From assembly GCA_964016885.1 (NCBI GenBank), contig OZ024743.1, positions 368,280,001 through 368,344,000 of the forward strand: a DNA stretch of 64,000 bases, in the 5' to 3' direction. This stretch comes from Eledone cirrhosa (taxonomy: Eukaryota). Shown piece by piece: positions 28,544 through 44,080 of the stretch. The translations under genes and the position numbers were made by a program. The notes below the pieces were generated by a model. It did no database searches. It saw nothing but the letters and a program-made list of their open reading frames with translations, and was not told where the DNA came from. Every line of letters begins with the position of its first letter. Within the stretch, counting starts at the first letter, position 1.

Positions 28544-28977
28544 TGTGATGTTATCTTTGAATGCTTGTGCTAATTTTAACCCAATTATCTTTAGGATTTC
28601 TATTTGATCTTCATAATTAGAGGCTCTAGTATTCTTGGGTTTCAATTATATAATGTTTGACACTTTTTACTCCTAATTGTTTTATTTTTATTTTCTTACC
28701 TTATATCTCCCTCTTCTCTCTCTTCCTTGTCTATCTTTCTCTCCCTCCCCTTCCCCTTCCTGTCTCTCCCCCTCACTTTTTCTCCCTCTCTTTCTTCCCC
28801 CCTCTCTTTCTTTCATACCTTCTCCAAAAGATGTCTATTGTATCTATTCTTAGTAATGCTCTCAATCTTGTGATTATTTTAGCTTCTGTTTCATATGCAA
28901 TTTTGTTATAGATCTTCTGTGCATTTATTTTCAATCAGAAGAATCTGTTTATATATGTTTTGGTCTTTGCCTTGCAG

Positions 28978-29277
28978 ACGATGGTGTACATGAGACATAT
29001 GGATGGTGGGTAGGTAGAACCTACCAACCAATGTACTACTGGGGTAAAGCTGCACCAGGTTCCCGAAAGTGTAACTGTGGACTTGTCATTAACGGCTGTG
29101 CTGGCAAAAGTACTTCTTGTAATTGTGACTCTGGTTTGCCAGACCAAATAGATTCCGGATACCTTGAACACAAAGACTATCTGCCTGTTCTTCAATTGCA
29201 TTTTGGTGACACTGGTACTGTCACTGACAAGAAGTTTGGCAAACATCAGCTTGGCAAACTTATGTGTGATGGGGACA
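28978..29277 (+). CDS. Nrx-IV: Nrx-IV/Caspr exon, C-terminal part of fibrinogen-like domain
   Basis: ttgcag|AC...GACA|gtaagt. Encodes GWWVGRTYQPMYYWGKAAPGSRKCNCG...CNCDS...DSGYLEHKDYLPVLQLHFGDTG...LGKLMCDGD, the Caspr/Nrx-IV signature. Confidence 0.95.
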
Positions 29278-32200
29278 GTAAGTAACCTTATTTAAATTTC
29301 AGCAATTGAGTATAAACTTTATTAAAAGAATTTGTATTATGATAATAGCTGTAGGATGAAAAAATACAATAAGCAAAAGAAATAACCTAAGAGGAGTCAG
29401 TAGCAGGGATTTAGAGAAATTAAGAAAGAATGTATAAAAAAACAATCTCAATTAATTGAAATATTTCTTTCTATCGAAGAAACAAATCAAAAATGTAATT
29501 TCCAGTTACCCTCACGGAAAAAGGGAGGTAATTTCAAGAAATTAAGAATTAATCTCTCAAAATTAATTTCAAGGGAAAATCTTATCTTTGTTTATAAGCG
29601 AGGGATATCTTTGAACTTGTTGCAGCCTTCGTTAGCACAGTATATACTTTACGCAAGCCTGTTTTGATCAGTTGATATATTTTTATATATAGAAAAGGTT
29701 ATGAAATTTTTTGGCCTGTATAATTTACATAATTAAAAAAATAAAATTAGCTTGGGGAAATAACTCAAGTTGGTCAATATGAATTTAGATAAAAAGTTAA
29801 CTGATGATGCACTTAATGATGCAAGCAAAATATTTTCAATTAATTGAAATCTCCCTTTTGGTTTGAAAAAAGAAAGCAATACCCTAGTGGTCATTGTTAG
29901 TGGCTCTTAAAAGAAAGGGGAGATAATTTCAATAAATTAATAATTCATATTTCAAAATTTATTTACATATTTAGGGATAAGTTTGATTTTTGTTTGCATG
30001 CCCAGGCAACTAAGGGCATGCTTCAGTATTGGCCTCAGTAGGATATAACCAAATATAGCATAGCATTTTGCTTGTTGCTCTACTGAGTATACCCTCCATT
30101 ATTTTATAATCATGTTTTCTAGTATAGGCATAAATCAACCAATTTTGGTGTAGGATATAGTTGATTTTGTCATCCCTATCACTTGACTGGCATGTACATT
30201 ATTGACCATGTGAGGATGTTCTTGAAAAGTCTGTTCTTGAATAATGCTTTAGAACAATTTGGGAACAATGGCTCTGCAGTTTAGATACTGGATTACTGAT
30301 CAACATGGTCAAGTGTATAAATAAAACTAGATAAATCTATTTGTCTTCATCTACTTGACTGGCTCCTATTTCACAGATAAGCAAATAGTTTTAGTAGAGA
30401 GTGCATCCATTTGAAAGCAACAACAATTTTTCCAATAATGTCCAAGGTTGATAACATTATCCACTTATACTGGAGGGAAAATGAATGTAAAATTGTAAAA
30501 CAAAATATATTAATGAGTGTTATTGATATGTTATAGTATTATTATGGTAAACAGTCTGTAAACTTTCTAGCACTTCACCTTACGAAATTAGGGCCCATGT
30601 AAAAGGCATGAACATTACACAATACCATTTCCTTTCTCTTTCACATTGACTTATTTGTATTCAGATTCAAATATAGTGTTGCTATTTCATCAATACCAGT
30701 AAGATAAATTAAGTTGACTAAAAGAATACTTGAACAAGAATCAATGAGAGAACAAATTCATAGTAAATGTAAGATGGCTAATTGGATAAAGTAGTGGAAC
30801 ACTGACTTATAAGTCATAAGTTCAGATCTGTTGCAGATATTTTGTAGTGTTTCTTGGCAGAATGCTTTATTCTACATTACATAAATTTACTCAAATATTA
30901 GAGATAGGTACCAGATTATCTTTGGAATGTTACTTGCAAAAGTTCTAACTTATTCACACAATGAAACTGAACATAAAGGACTGTCAGTCAATTTCTTGAT
31001 TCTTAAGAAATATATATCTTGCATTAACAAGTATTTCACATATGAAGTTCAATGTCCTATTGCTGAGCTATCATTCAACTGATATTACTAGGATATTCAT
31101 CTAAAATGTAGCAGATATTGTTGATATTCTTTTATGTGGAAATATTTCCTTTGATATAGATTTTCTTATTGTTGTTTTTTTACCCTGATGAGATATTAAA
31201 GTTTTATTGTTTTTAATTTCCAGACTTATTTGATAATGTGATAACTTTCCGCAAAGCTGATGCTATTATCAAACTAAACACCTTTGACGCAAAGAGCTCA
31301 GGAGATATTTGGTTCCAGTTTAAGACCACTGTTCGAGATGGGGTCATGATTCACTGTGTTGGTCCAAAAGACTACATTAAAGTTGAAATTTTTAGTAAGT
31401 ATCATCATCGTTTAACGTTCATTTTCGACGCTAGCATGGGTTAGACGAGTTGTGCTATTTGAGGTAAATCGGGTCAGGTGATTGTTTCTTGCTCATACAG
31501 AACTGTTTCTAGCTTGGTTTCTATAGTTGGGTGCCCTTCCTAATGCCAAGCACATTTACAGCGTGCGCAGGGTGCTTTTTGTCATGACACCAAAATGACC
31601 TCTTTACAGTGTAGACTGGGGACTTTGGTAGGGGAGGTGTGTGGAGATTGGGGAGGTAGGTATAGGGGGTGTATAGGACGTGGGAGGTATATGGAAGTGG
31701 AGGATGGAGGCAAGATGATGCATACTAGATGTATGCTTCAGCCTGTGCTCATGGGAAGGTGGATCTTCTGTATTTTGCATAATGCCAGAAATCTCGGTCC
31801 TTTGAGAGGTGTAATTGTGTAAGGTCAGCTTTTATCACCTCATCCCAAGTCTTCCTAGGTCTTCCTGGTCCATAGCGTCCATTAACTTTGATCACCCTGC
31901 ACCTTTTTATACAGCTGTCATCCTTAATACTCATCACATGGCCATACCAATGCAATCTCCTCTCCTGCACATTGCATATGATCCTTCTTATGCTTTCTCT
32001 CTCAGTTCATTTATGCTTTGCTGTTCATGTATTACACATCCATCGACGCATAAAGGATTCATTTCTTTCCAATCTTTGCAGGTCCTCTGCACACAGCACC
32101 CAAGTCTCACTACCATGCAACATTGTTGTTTGTATACACGCATCATACAATCTGCCCTTCATTTTGAGGGAAAAACCTTTTGGAGCTAGCTGTGGTAGTA

Positions 32201-35200
32201 GCTCCCTGAACTCTCTCCATCCTGTTCTTACTCTGGCTACTGTATTTTTAGACAACTCTCCTCCACTGCTAATTTGGTCACCTAGGTAACAGAAACTGTC
32301 GACTATTTCTACAGAACTATTTGGGCATTTAAAGGAGCTAGTATCCTGTGGGTTCTTATTACTTACTGCACCTCACTACTGCCACTACTACTACTACTAC
32401 TATTACTACTACTACCAAACTACTACTAATAGTAATAATAATAATATTGACAAGTCAGTGAATTCCCCACTTTGTGGGTGTGTGATGAGAAAGTTGAGAC
32501 AATAAACCACATTATTAGTGAATGTAAGATACTTGCTCAGAAAGAGTACAAAAGAAGGCACGCCAACATTGCCATATTGGTTCATTGGAAGTTCTGTCAT
32601 AAGTTTGACATGAGCAGAATTGAGAAATAGTTTGAACACCAACCGGAAAGGGTGGCTGAAAACAAACAGTATAAGATCTTGTGGGACATGACTATCTAGT
32701 GTGACCATTTTATTGTGGCTAGAAAGCCTGACATCGTTGTAGAAAAGAAGAATAACAAGGCATGTATTGTGGATATTGCTTCTCTGTGGGACCACAGGGT
32801 GAATGAGAAGGAAATTGAGAAAGTTGAAAAATACCAGGAGCTGAAGAGAGAAATCAGGAAACTATGGAGAATCAGACACGTAGAAGTAGAACGGATTGTA
32901 GTTGGTGCACTGGGAGCAGTTAGTAGGTTGGATATATAGCTTGATAAGCTAAGAATTACCATGAGGACACGATTGTTGCAGAAAGCAGCCTTGCTAAGAA
33001 CAGCAAGAATTCAAAGAAGGGTGTTGGAAGAGTTGAATGAGAAGGAATGACCCAAAGGGACCTTTTGCCATTGGCTATGGCTCGCTCTTTTGGTAGTGTC
33101 GGTATAACATCTGCCAGAGCAAAAGCATTAAGAATGATAATTATAATAATAATGTAGTATTTACTTACTTTTTGAGTTAAATTCTGACAAGCTCAATAAA
33201 ATATGTAAGGTACAGTAATGTACTGAGGTTGATATACTAAAATATATCCAGTAATGTACTGAGGTTGATATACTAAAATATATCCATTTCCAGTATTATA
33301 TCCCTTGGCAAGGGATATAATTAACTAAATCTACCTCAATATTATGTTTGGAATACTTATTACTGCTACACTGTTTTCTCTGAAGTAGCAACTAACAGGA
33401 AATATTTGCAGAGTTTGTTGTTTAACTCATACCATCATGTACCACATGAAATCACATTAGCAAGATGTTCTTGAACAGTACAAAACTGCATTATGACTGC
33501 ATCACATTAAAAGTATTTACATCACTGCAACGTTTTACAATGATCTATCCACTAGTAAAGATACTATAAATATTTAAATTAAGAAACCCCATTTTTAGAT
33601 ATTATTTCCTAAATCATTACAGCGAGAGAGGCGGAGACTGAAAGGATGAAGAGCCAAATAGACTTCAATGGGATTTGGATGCAGAATGCAGTGATGTGGA
33701 ACAAATGTTGCAATGTTTTCTATCTGGTGCTCTCACAACTATGCTAAATCAGTCTCCTAAACCAGGTTCAGAGTTATTATCTGTTTAGCTCCTATTAGCT
33801 ACATTACTGGTTCAGACAGGTTCCAACCAAGCGTGAATTGTTCTCTAGTTGTTGAAACTCACTTCTGTCCTGAGTGAGCACAGCTATGTCCAAAGGCAAT
33901 TCAGCTATTATCAGCTAGTCTTTTTATTCAGATATATGCTGGACTTCATTATCTAATGTGTCCATCGTTTTTAAGATAGTAGGGGGATATAGCTGTTACA
34001 TGTTTGAGAAAGGCTCTCTATTTCCTTGAGTTTGGAATACAAAAGAAAGGACATTTGTAGCCTTTCTGTATCTGTATTTCATCTTGCAAAAATATTTTTG
34101 CAATTTTCTTTTTGTACCCCACAAACCCTTGTGGCTATCCTTTATATTATTTTTGAAGCAGCCCATAAAAATCTTTTTATATACTTGATTATTTTCTTGA
34201 ATTTTCTATGATTAGTATGCCTAACATAATGTATAATTTAATATTATCCCAGGCACTTCATATCAAGCCTGCACTTCTTCCATGAATAAAGATCTCAAAA
34301 ACATTCTCCAATGAGGACATGATAATTTTGCCTCTTTAAACCACACAATTATACAATTAGTGCTTTATATCACAGAGATAATATAGCCCTGATCTAATCT
34401 TGGACAACCTTCAACTAAATCAGTTCAAGCCTTTACAAATGCCAGACCTCACAATCACTGACAGCCTCTTTACAAAGTTCAAGTGAAATCCACAATGTTA
34501 CATAGTTGTGCACTATACCACTTCTGTAATCTATGACCCTGTTCAGGATAAATATTATTGTATATACTCAAATATAAGTTGACCCCCGTATTTCATGTCT
34601 GAGAAATAGACAAAAATCCAAATCCTGTTTATAAACCAAGGCAGTTAATAAACACATGTTTAGATGGTGAGGTTTTGATATTCTCATGAGTATAAAGTAT
34701 ATTTCTGAATATTTAATATTTTGATGTTTAACATGTTTTAAGTGTCATATAGATTATAGTCTTTGTTTCACAACTCCATTAGGTAATGCTTTTTTTACCA
34801 TTTCATCCATTATAGTTTCAAGTTTCTTGAATTTTTGTTTACTTCTGCCACTCAAATGCTGGGAAGTACTTCAAAATGAAGAAATCGAATAAGAGAATTT
34901 GTATAGGGATTCATACAGTAAAAAAGGGAGGGAGAAACAACAAGTGAGAGAGAGAGTGAGGTAAGATTTCAATCTTATGTAAGATTGAAAGAAAAAGTAT
35001 TAAGTCAGAGAAAAACAGTCGGCACATGTTTGCATGCATGTGCTTATATATGAGTGTGTGAATGTATGTATGCATGAGGGCATGCATGTGTGTGCATTTG
35101 TGTGTGTGCGTATCTGTATGTGTAGACATCTATGGAGGGGAGATGGACGTTGACAGGCTGGGGGCCAAGTCACATAGGCTGCCTCGTTCTTGATCACAGA

Positions 35201-38200
35201 GTGTTGTAGAGAACCCTGTTGATGAGGACATGGCAAGAGGTCACTGAAAGTAGGCAGGACCAGTGAAACTGGAGACCGGAGACCAAGGCTGCCATATTTT
35301 ATGAGTGAGATGGCCTGCTGCTATCCAGTGTCATCAAACTGGACATTGCACATCTCCTCAGCTGTCCGTCAGATGCAGATGTCAAGATCTGTGAGGAGAG
35401 ATGCTTGGGTGTACCATGGGGCACTGCGGAAAGTGTATAAAAGCTTGGTATGGTAAAACAGTTCAACAGAAAGAGCTCTGGGTGAGTGTCAATCAGACTC
35501 AGTCTACTCATCCTGGATTCTAGCTGGTGTAGTCTGAACCTGAAGGATCTGCATCCCGAGGGTAAGGACCACTTTTGTGGGGATCATCTGTTCTTGATGG
35601 AGCAATAATCCCGCCAGAGTGGGAACAAATGATTGGACATCCTGACAGACACTCTCTGCATGCTTACCTATCGTGGCATCGTCCAGGTATCAGAAGTACA
35701 TTATTTATGTAGAATTTGAAGTTGGTGAAAATTGGCAAAATATTGACCTTGAATTTTACCATCGTTTTTTTTTTTTTTTTTTTTTGTCAAATTTCTTAGC
35801 TTATATATGAGTATATATGGTAAGTTTGAAATACTGTAGGTTATTAAACTGTGTGTAAAATATCGAGGACATAAGATTAGAGTGTTCTAGAACAATACTT
35901 GTTTAAGAAAGAATTGTATATATATAATTCTTATTAGTACTGGGTCAAAGAAAATAGAGATTGTAGTGAAAAGCAGAAAAATGTGTGGTGGTGTAGTTTT
36001 GTAGCTGTGACAAGTTCTGTTTGAACAGATTTATGGCATATTGATGGAACATAGCTAGTAGAAGGAATATTTTGTGCCACCTCATTTATCTTCATCCTTG
36101 ATATTTGTGTCTAACATGTTAGTTATGAACTTGAGCATCAGGTAAGCAGTCTATATATGATCATCTCCTCTTAGTTACAGAAAATGCTTACCTAAAAATT
36201 TAAGAATTATAAGTATGTAGTTCACATTTTATAGACAATAGGGTGTTTCTTAGATGAAACATGTCTGATTCATAGTTATATATGTTGAGTAAGAGGAGGT
36301 CGAGAGGATTTTAATGCAACAGTTGAAATAGTGAACAGTTTGTCACTGTATTAAATGTATTCCTTGTCTTTTGCAATAAACAAAATCAGTAAGTTGTTGG
36401 TTTGTTGTGAAGAAAACTTAGGCAATACTGGTAAATTTGTTTTGTCTATTAACTGATGTAATTATCAAGTCATGAAATAGAAATTTAACCTAAGCAAAAC
36501 TAATCCTTTCACTTAAGTCTTCTATTGTGTAATACTAAAGGAAACATTATAACATAGAATATAACCGAAGGGAAGTATCTTACTGATCCACACAAATTAA
36601 GTATAGATGTTAATTTTTCTGGCTTCTTTATGACATCATCCTAAAACCATTTTGTTTTTGCAGTATTGCATTTGTAATATTTTATTACTTCTAAAATCTT
36701 CTATTTCCAATCAATTAGATGGCAACACAGTGAAATTCCAGTTTGATGCAGGTGATGGTGAAAGAGTGTTAGCTGCTAGGACATCAGCTGGTCTGAATGA
36801 TGACCGCTGGCATACTGTGCATGTGGAAAGAAATCGTAAACAAGCTTGGCTAAAACTTGACACTCAAGGTGAGAAAATTTGGAATGAACCACCTGAACAA
36901 GGACCAAGAACATTAGATCTTATATCTCCATTGATTATTGGTAAGTATATATATATATAATGTGTGTGTGTGTGTCTATGTAATAATCTATAAATAGATT
37001 TAGTCCAAAATCTGTTAAAATTTACCACCATTTATCAGATAATATAAAGTTATAGTTAAATTGGTTTTCTAATTTCTATTATTATTATTATTATTATTAT
37101 TAATGTTTTCTTTATTGACCACAAAGGGTTTACATAAAAAAATACGTTAAGTACAGTACAGCACAGTACAATGTGTGTTTTTGTGTATAAAACAAAAAGT
37201 TTGTAACAAAAAAAAAATAGAAACAAAAGAAAATTCCCCAATAAAGAGGCGACTTCAGAGGGTTACTTGTGGAGAAAGCCCACAAAAGCCACAGTCACAC
37301 TGACCACCAGGGCAGGTGTCCTCCCTCAATCTACAGGCACACGTTCAGAGCAAGACCATTCACTTGGGCCATTCTTGCCTCTTTCACCCACCTTTCAATA
37401 AATTGCTTTGAAGGCAGCACTTCCTTCTCCACCCTGATGTTCCTCTTTAAGTGAAACCTGATCAGGGGATCGCTGAAGAGGAAAGTGCCCGTCTTCAGCC
37501 CTTTCAAACACATCCACCATATGACCTCTTTCGCCATGGCCACCAGGCAGATAAAAACAACTTGACCTTCCTGGTTAAGGATGATGGACTCAGTTGACAG
37601 TTGGATCCATCCCACACATGACGGTGTTCAACATAAACCCACAAGTCAGCAATTCTCGGACACTGGACAAGTGTATATGCAACAGTTTAGTCGTCTTGCA
37701 TGCATCTTGGACAAGCCCAACTGACAACACTTCCATGCCTGTAGAAGTTATCATGGACTGGCAATGCTCCCTGGTAGCACTGCCAGGCCAGGAATTTCTG
37801 GAAGTTATCCATAGGCCCTGGACTGAACGTCCTGTGGAAGAGAATGGCTAGTAGATGACAGATACGATGCCTGACCTTTCAGGAATAGCTTCCTCTCGGC
37901 CCATTTTTGGGTCATGATGTTGAAAGGTTCTGAAAAGTGATCATTTACTCTCACAGCAGAGCAGATATCACTGTGCATTGCAGTGATCCGCACTCTGAAA
38001 ATGGGCTCAAAACCGGCTGCCCTGTGGACCACCACCAGGTATTAATGGTTGATCCTAACGAATACTTTTTACTGATCCAAATTGATCACAGCCCCACACA
38101 TACCAGGTTCCTTAGTTATCCTTTCTGTGATGTATCACATGAGGTTGAAATTGTTGTGGATGGATCTGTCTGAAATAGCACATGTCTGTGCCTTTCCCAC

Positions 38201-41200
38201 CAGAATGCTGATGACAAGCGCCAACCTCGTCACTAACACCTTGGACAAAATTTTGAATTTTGTGTTTAACAGAGTTAGTGCTCTGAAATTTTCTATGTAG
38301 TCCCCATTGTTTGGATCCTTTCTCAGCAGTGCTCCCACTCCTCGACTCACAGAACTGGGAATTCTCCTGTTCTGCTGCCATTTGCAGTAGACATCTGCCA
38401 AAAGGTCGATGAATAAGTCTGGCATGTGAGCATAAAGCTAGTCGGGCAGACCATCCAAACCAGGCAATTTACACCGTGTGCAGTTAGTTATTGCATTCCA
38501 TATTTCAGTGGCTGTTATTGGCCTCTCACAGGACCTCACCTCCATAGTCGAGAGCCATGGCAGACTGTCGAGATAGGTAATGAAGTTCATCTTGTGATTT
38601 GGCTCACCGCTGCTTCTGAAAAATTGAGCAAAGTGGTGCTGAAAAATGGCACATATCTGCTTGGGATTGAGTAACATGCTCCCATCATGGTGCACCAGAG
38701 ACCAGATTGTGGTTTTGTTGCCATACTGCGTCTCTGCCACTTGGGCCTATTGACCGGCTTTTGGCCCTTTGTGTCTAAGAGCAATCTCCTTAGCTTTGAC
38801 AATGCGGCATCGTGCTTAGCATTGAAGAATTGTTTGAGGACTAATCTTGCCACAACCACATCAGTTGCAATGCCTTTACTAAGTGCCTTGTCTAACTTTC
38901 TAACTAGTTTGCCCTCTGCTCTATTTTTCTCTATTGCTGCAGCCTTACTGAACCTAATGGATTCTGTTCTAATCACCCCTCTTAGGGTGAATCACCACCT
39001 GTTGTTGATGACTTCCCCCATCAATGCCCACTTAACTAATTCACTAATCTGGTCTCTGTAGGCTTTGTGCGCTAGGAGTGATGTGTTCAGTTTCCAGTAG
39101 CTGAGTCCGTGTCTATGGAGCCTATCTAGATCAACCACATAGATCACAAATTTGTGGTCCATGTAGTCGACTAGCTTGAATTGTGGGCAAACTATGCTAG
39201 TCTTATCTATTTCCCTGCAAAATATCTTATCTTGGAAAACCTAGGTGCTGTCAGCATCTTTTAGTGCTGGTGCCATAACAAAAGCACCCAGTTCACCTTG
39301 TTAAAATGATAGTGCTGGTATCATGACAAAATGATCCTTTGAATGGGTTCGATGGTTTGTCATGTTATGCGGCTAGCCAGGTTAGGTAACTATGTCTTGC
39401 TCTTTTTGACTTGGTTTGCTATGTGCTGGAGGCCCTTGCTAATGACGAGTACATAACAAGGTGGACTGGGTATTTTCCTGTTGAATTTCTTGTTTTGAGA
39501 TAATTGTCATGAGTTAAAATCCAATTTGCGACTCTATACACATTCAGGAAAAAGATACCTGGTGATGACTGGAAATTAAAACGATTGAAGCTTAGTGTAA
39601 GATGTAAATACTTTTAAATGTTTCATCTCTAAATACTAGATTAACTCTTTGAATGCCAAAAGACTTACCAAGTACATTTTAGTTTGTTCACAATCTGTCA
39701 CATAATTTTAGCAGCCGAACCCCTGAAACTGTGACATCATCAAAACTAATAGCAGTTGCCATTAGGTGTATTGCTTAAGAAGCTGCAAAAATATGTCCCA
39801 ATTCAGTTCAGAAATCATCTTAGAGCTTGTAAGAGTAATCAGTCATTTGACAAATATGATTCTGATGTTGAGGGATGTATTTTGATGAATAATCTATTTT
39901 TTAGTGGTGACAGTAAGGTGTCTTTTGAAGATGACAAAAATAACTATGACAATTCTGTGGACATAGGTCCAGACCCACATGTACATGATGCCATTAGTGT
40001 TGATGTGAATGGTAAGACTGATAGTGCTCTATGGGATTTAAAGCACAGTGCAGGAAAGAATCACCTACAGAAAAAATGTCTGGTCCTCAAAAAGAATGGA
40101 AGACATTGTGATATGGCATATTACTGTCTCTGATGCAAAATACACTTATATAGGGATGAATGTTTCACCACTTGTCATAATATCAAAATTTATTATTAAA
40201 CTTGAATTGAGATATACACATCCAGAAAAAATAAATAACTAATTTGATTAGAATGTTTTAATTTTTTTTTTTTTACAACTTTCTGAAAATGCTAAAATTA
40301 ATATGTAATCCTGGCCCAGAGCAGTAAAATACCAAAAACTGCACTGGCACTCAAGGATTTAATAGTTTAAAGAAAATGTGTGTATCCAGTTTAGAATAGG
40401 TACACCATATCCCTACATGTTATAAGAAGTGATTGACAGTGTTGGCATCAGAAAGGGCATCCAGCTGTGAAACTTTGCTTCAGAACATCCCATCCAATCC
40501 ATGCCTAAATATTATTACAAATAGAAATTAGTAAGGGAGAAAACTAATAACAATCAATCAGTAAACAAATGAGCAGTTTGGGGTTCAGTGTCTGTAGCAA
40601 AATAAAAAAGAAGAAATGATGGTAATATTTTATTTGTGATATCTAACCATATGACAGTAAAAATGTAACATTTTCTGATTGCGACTTCACATTACATTAT
40701 GGTAATATACAGAAAAATAATTGCAATTCTGTTTTCACTTAGAAATATTATGTTAGTGGTGGCTAATGTGATATTTTGAATTCTTTAACTTTAAACAACT
40801 AGTGTTTCTTTGTGATTGCCTTATTTTTACTTTTAACCAAATGTAAAAGTTATTTCAATTCCATTTATTTAACTAGGAGCGGCTGTTGGTTATCACAGTG
40901 GTTTTGTTGGTTGTATCCGTGGATTAATGGTAAATGGTGCCATAATGGATCTCCGGGGGATGGTAGCACGTGGAGAAGTTACCTATGGTGTATCAGAAGG
41001 TTTGTATTTTGACTAGCTGATGATTTACTTTGAACAAGCTATGTTTTAAGTTATATTACAAGTTTTAAATTAGATAAAGTCAATGTTTCATTTTTAATGA
41101 TATGCTGCTTTTTTTTTCAGTTCATTTTGGTTTCACTTCAGATCAGAGAGAGCTGTTTTGTAGTTTTACTTTTTTTTCATCAAACAAATTGTCTTTTAGG

Positions 41201-43982
41201 TTATGCACTGTAGTTATTTTATATGATTTCAACTTCTAAAATAATTTTATACATTTCAAATGGTAGTTTAGATGCACAATTAAACACTACTTTAATCAGA
41301 TTTTGTTATAATATTGACTGTTTGAAAAGTTGAAAAGCAATACTTGTAGATGCTAGTGCAGTGGTAATGAATCTTTGGTCCATAGCGGAATGATGCTTAA
41401 AATCTAATGTTCATCCTAGCAAGTGTTTTTCTGAATTGGTTTTTTTCAGCTCAAGTCTTGGATTGGAGCTGATTCAGTTTTAGTTGAATCTTGTAAAACT
41501 CTTTGTTTTAGCAATTCATTTTAATGACACAAAAATCAGTTATCCCTGAGTCACTTTTACTATTCTTTTCTAAATTTTCCTATGTGTATATGCATATAAG
41601 TGAAGGTGGATAGATGGATACACATGAGAAAGCATGTGTATGAGAGGTGGGTACTATATATGCATGTGTGTGTACATTTGTAGAGTCTGCATGTATATTT
41701 GTGTTTGTAACACAAAGGAAGATTATAGCTTCTTAATTTATAATTAATTAAACAATATTGATATTTTTAGAAACTTTGATCAATATATTTCCTCATGTTT
41801 TACTTATCGTTATATATAAGCAATTGATTGCACTAGAGAGAGAATATCAGTAGTAGTGTAACTTTATATAATTTATAGATCAATGTTCTTGTCAGAGTTG
41901 TCTTAAGTATTTTCAACTTCCTCCAGTAACTCACTCAACACTGTTCTCTTACACATTTTATAATCCATTTATTGTGTAGGAAAGTCATGAATTGCATGTT
42001 AATTGTATATTTTACCTCAAGTAATGTTGTATGCAGAATTTTGGTTAAATAGAAAAAAATGTTAAATTCATGACTATAAAAATGTTTTCTTATATATTTT
42101 TTATATTTATTTATAGATTATAATGAAACAAATGTGTGTGCATGTGTATGTAGAGAGAATGTGTGGGAGATAATGCTAACTCTTTGAACATATAATTCTA
42201 TGTATAAGGATTCTGAGCTGTCAAGGAAAGCAAAGGAACCAAAGATATTCTTTAAAAAATTTTTCAGATTTAATGATGCTCTTATTTTGTGTTGGAATTG
42301 CTTGAATAATGAGGGGAAAAATACTTTATGATGCATCATTCTTTTGTTTCTTAAATGTGAGAATCCACTTTTATTGAAATTCCGATAGAAGTTAAGGATC
42401 AAAGGAAGCTTGTGCTGTGAATCTTTATTTGGTATTATTATGTGGCTGACATTGATAACAGAAAGTTGTGTTCCTGATCTAATTCAATTTTGCTTATAGA
42501 TCTCTTTATCATTAATCACCATCCTTATGTAAAGAAAATGAAGAAAAGATAATTTTTACATCCCTGGAGAGTTTAATCAATTAGAAAACAACAAAATGCT
42601 GTAATGATAAGAGTGGTCAGGAAAATATATTAAAAAAAATTACAATAAATCTTGTATGTAGGAATCTGTTATGCATATTGGAGAAGGGATGGATTTTGTC
42701 AAACTAAATTTATTCATCCATTTACATTGTTGAATTCAAGACAGAAAGAAGATTGATACTTCCTAGATTTGGGGATGGTTTCTCTAAGAATTTTATTCAG
42801 ACCTTTAGCATCAAGTCCTTTCATTTTCCTTTCTATAGTATCTGGTTGTTATTGGAGTTTCTAATCAATGTACAAAATGTTATTAGTCATATTCTCTCTC
42901 TTCCAGCAGTATCTTTTCTACATTCTTTACATTCAGCCAACATACAATTAGTATATTTCTATCAGTGCTGAGGTATAATCATTAGTTACATATATATCTC
43001 TTGAGGGAATCTTATACAAATTCTAGTATCCAATTTGTCATCATCATATAATCAATGCTTCTACATAATATCTACATAATAAGGAATGGTTTCTTTTGAA
43101 AAGATATATTCGTGTTGGTGTGAAACAACTAAAACAACACATATGCATACATACATGTTTACACATTTTCAAAGATATATATATATATATATCATCATCA
43201 TCATTTTACGTCTGCTTTTTCCCTGCTTGCAAGGGTGGGACGGGAACTGATTCTGGCTTGATTTCTACAGCTGGATGCCCTTCCTAACACCAACCTCATT
43301 TACAGTGAGTGCTGGGTGCTTTTTTGCCGTGGCGCCTACGCGTCCACTTTGCAGTGGAATGATATGGACCCCAGTCCCTATCATCTCATTTCTACAGCTG
43401 AGTAAACTGGAGAAATCTGAAATAAAGTGTCTTGCTCAAGGAAACAACACATCACCCGGTCTGAGAATTGAACTCACAACCTTTCGAGATATATATATAT
43501 ATCCCCATACAGCCATTCCTCAGTAGTAATGTTTATCTTGACTAGATTTCTTTTTTAAAGTAAATATCTCCTGACGTTAGAATATTACCAGTGTTTATCT
43601 CCCTTAACTCTTTCACATTGCAGAAAACATATTTTACTCTGGTGGTAATATATATTATTAATGCTAATATTTGATATAAAATTAGACATATATTCTCACT
43701 TTTATTGAGACAATTCTCATATAATATTTATGTAAAGCTTATGGAAGTTTTTTATGTTTTTTTTTGTGATGTTGAATTTTGAAATGCATTCACTACATTA
43801 TATTAGAGAATATGTTTCAATATATTGTCTTTAAGATACATTCTTGGATTTTTATTTCACTTATTTCACTGCATCTCAAAGATTTGGTAAACATAACCAA
43901 ATATATTCACTGTCTTCCTCCCACTCTCTCACTCACTCACTCACTCACTCACTCACTCACTCACTCACTCTTTCACCATTTG

Positions 43983-44080
<98 letters not shown>

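Noticed and set aside
33213-33286. Exact ~36-bp tandem duplication
   Set aside because: A simple local duplication in intron sequence with no further structure.
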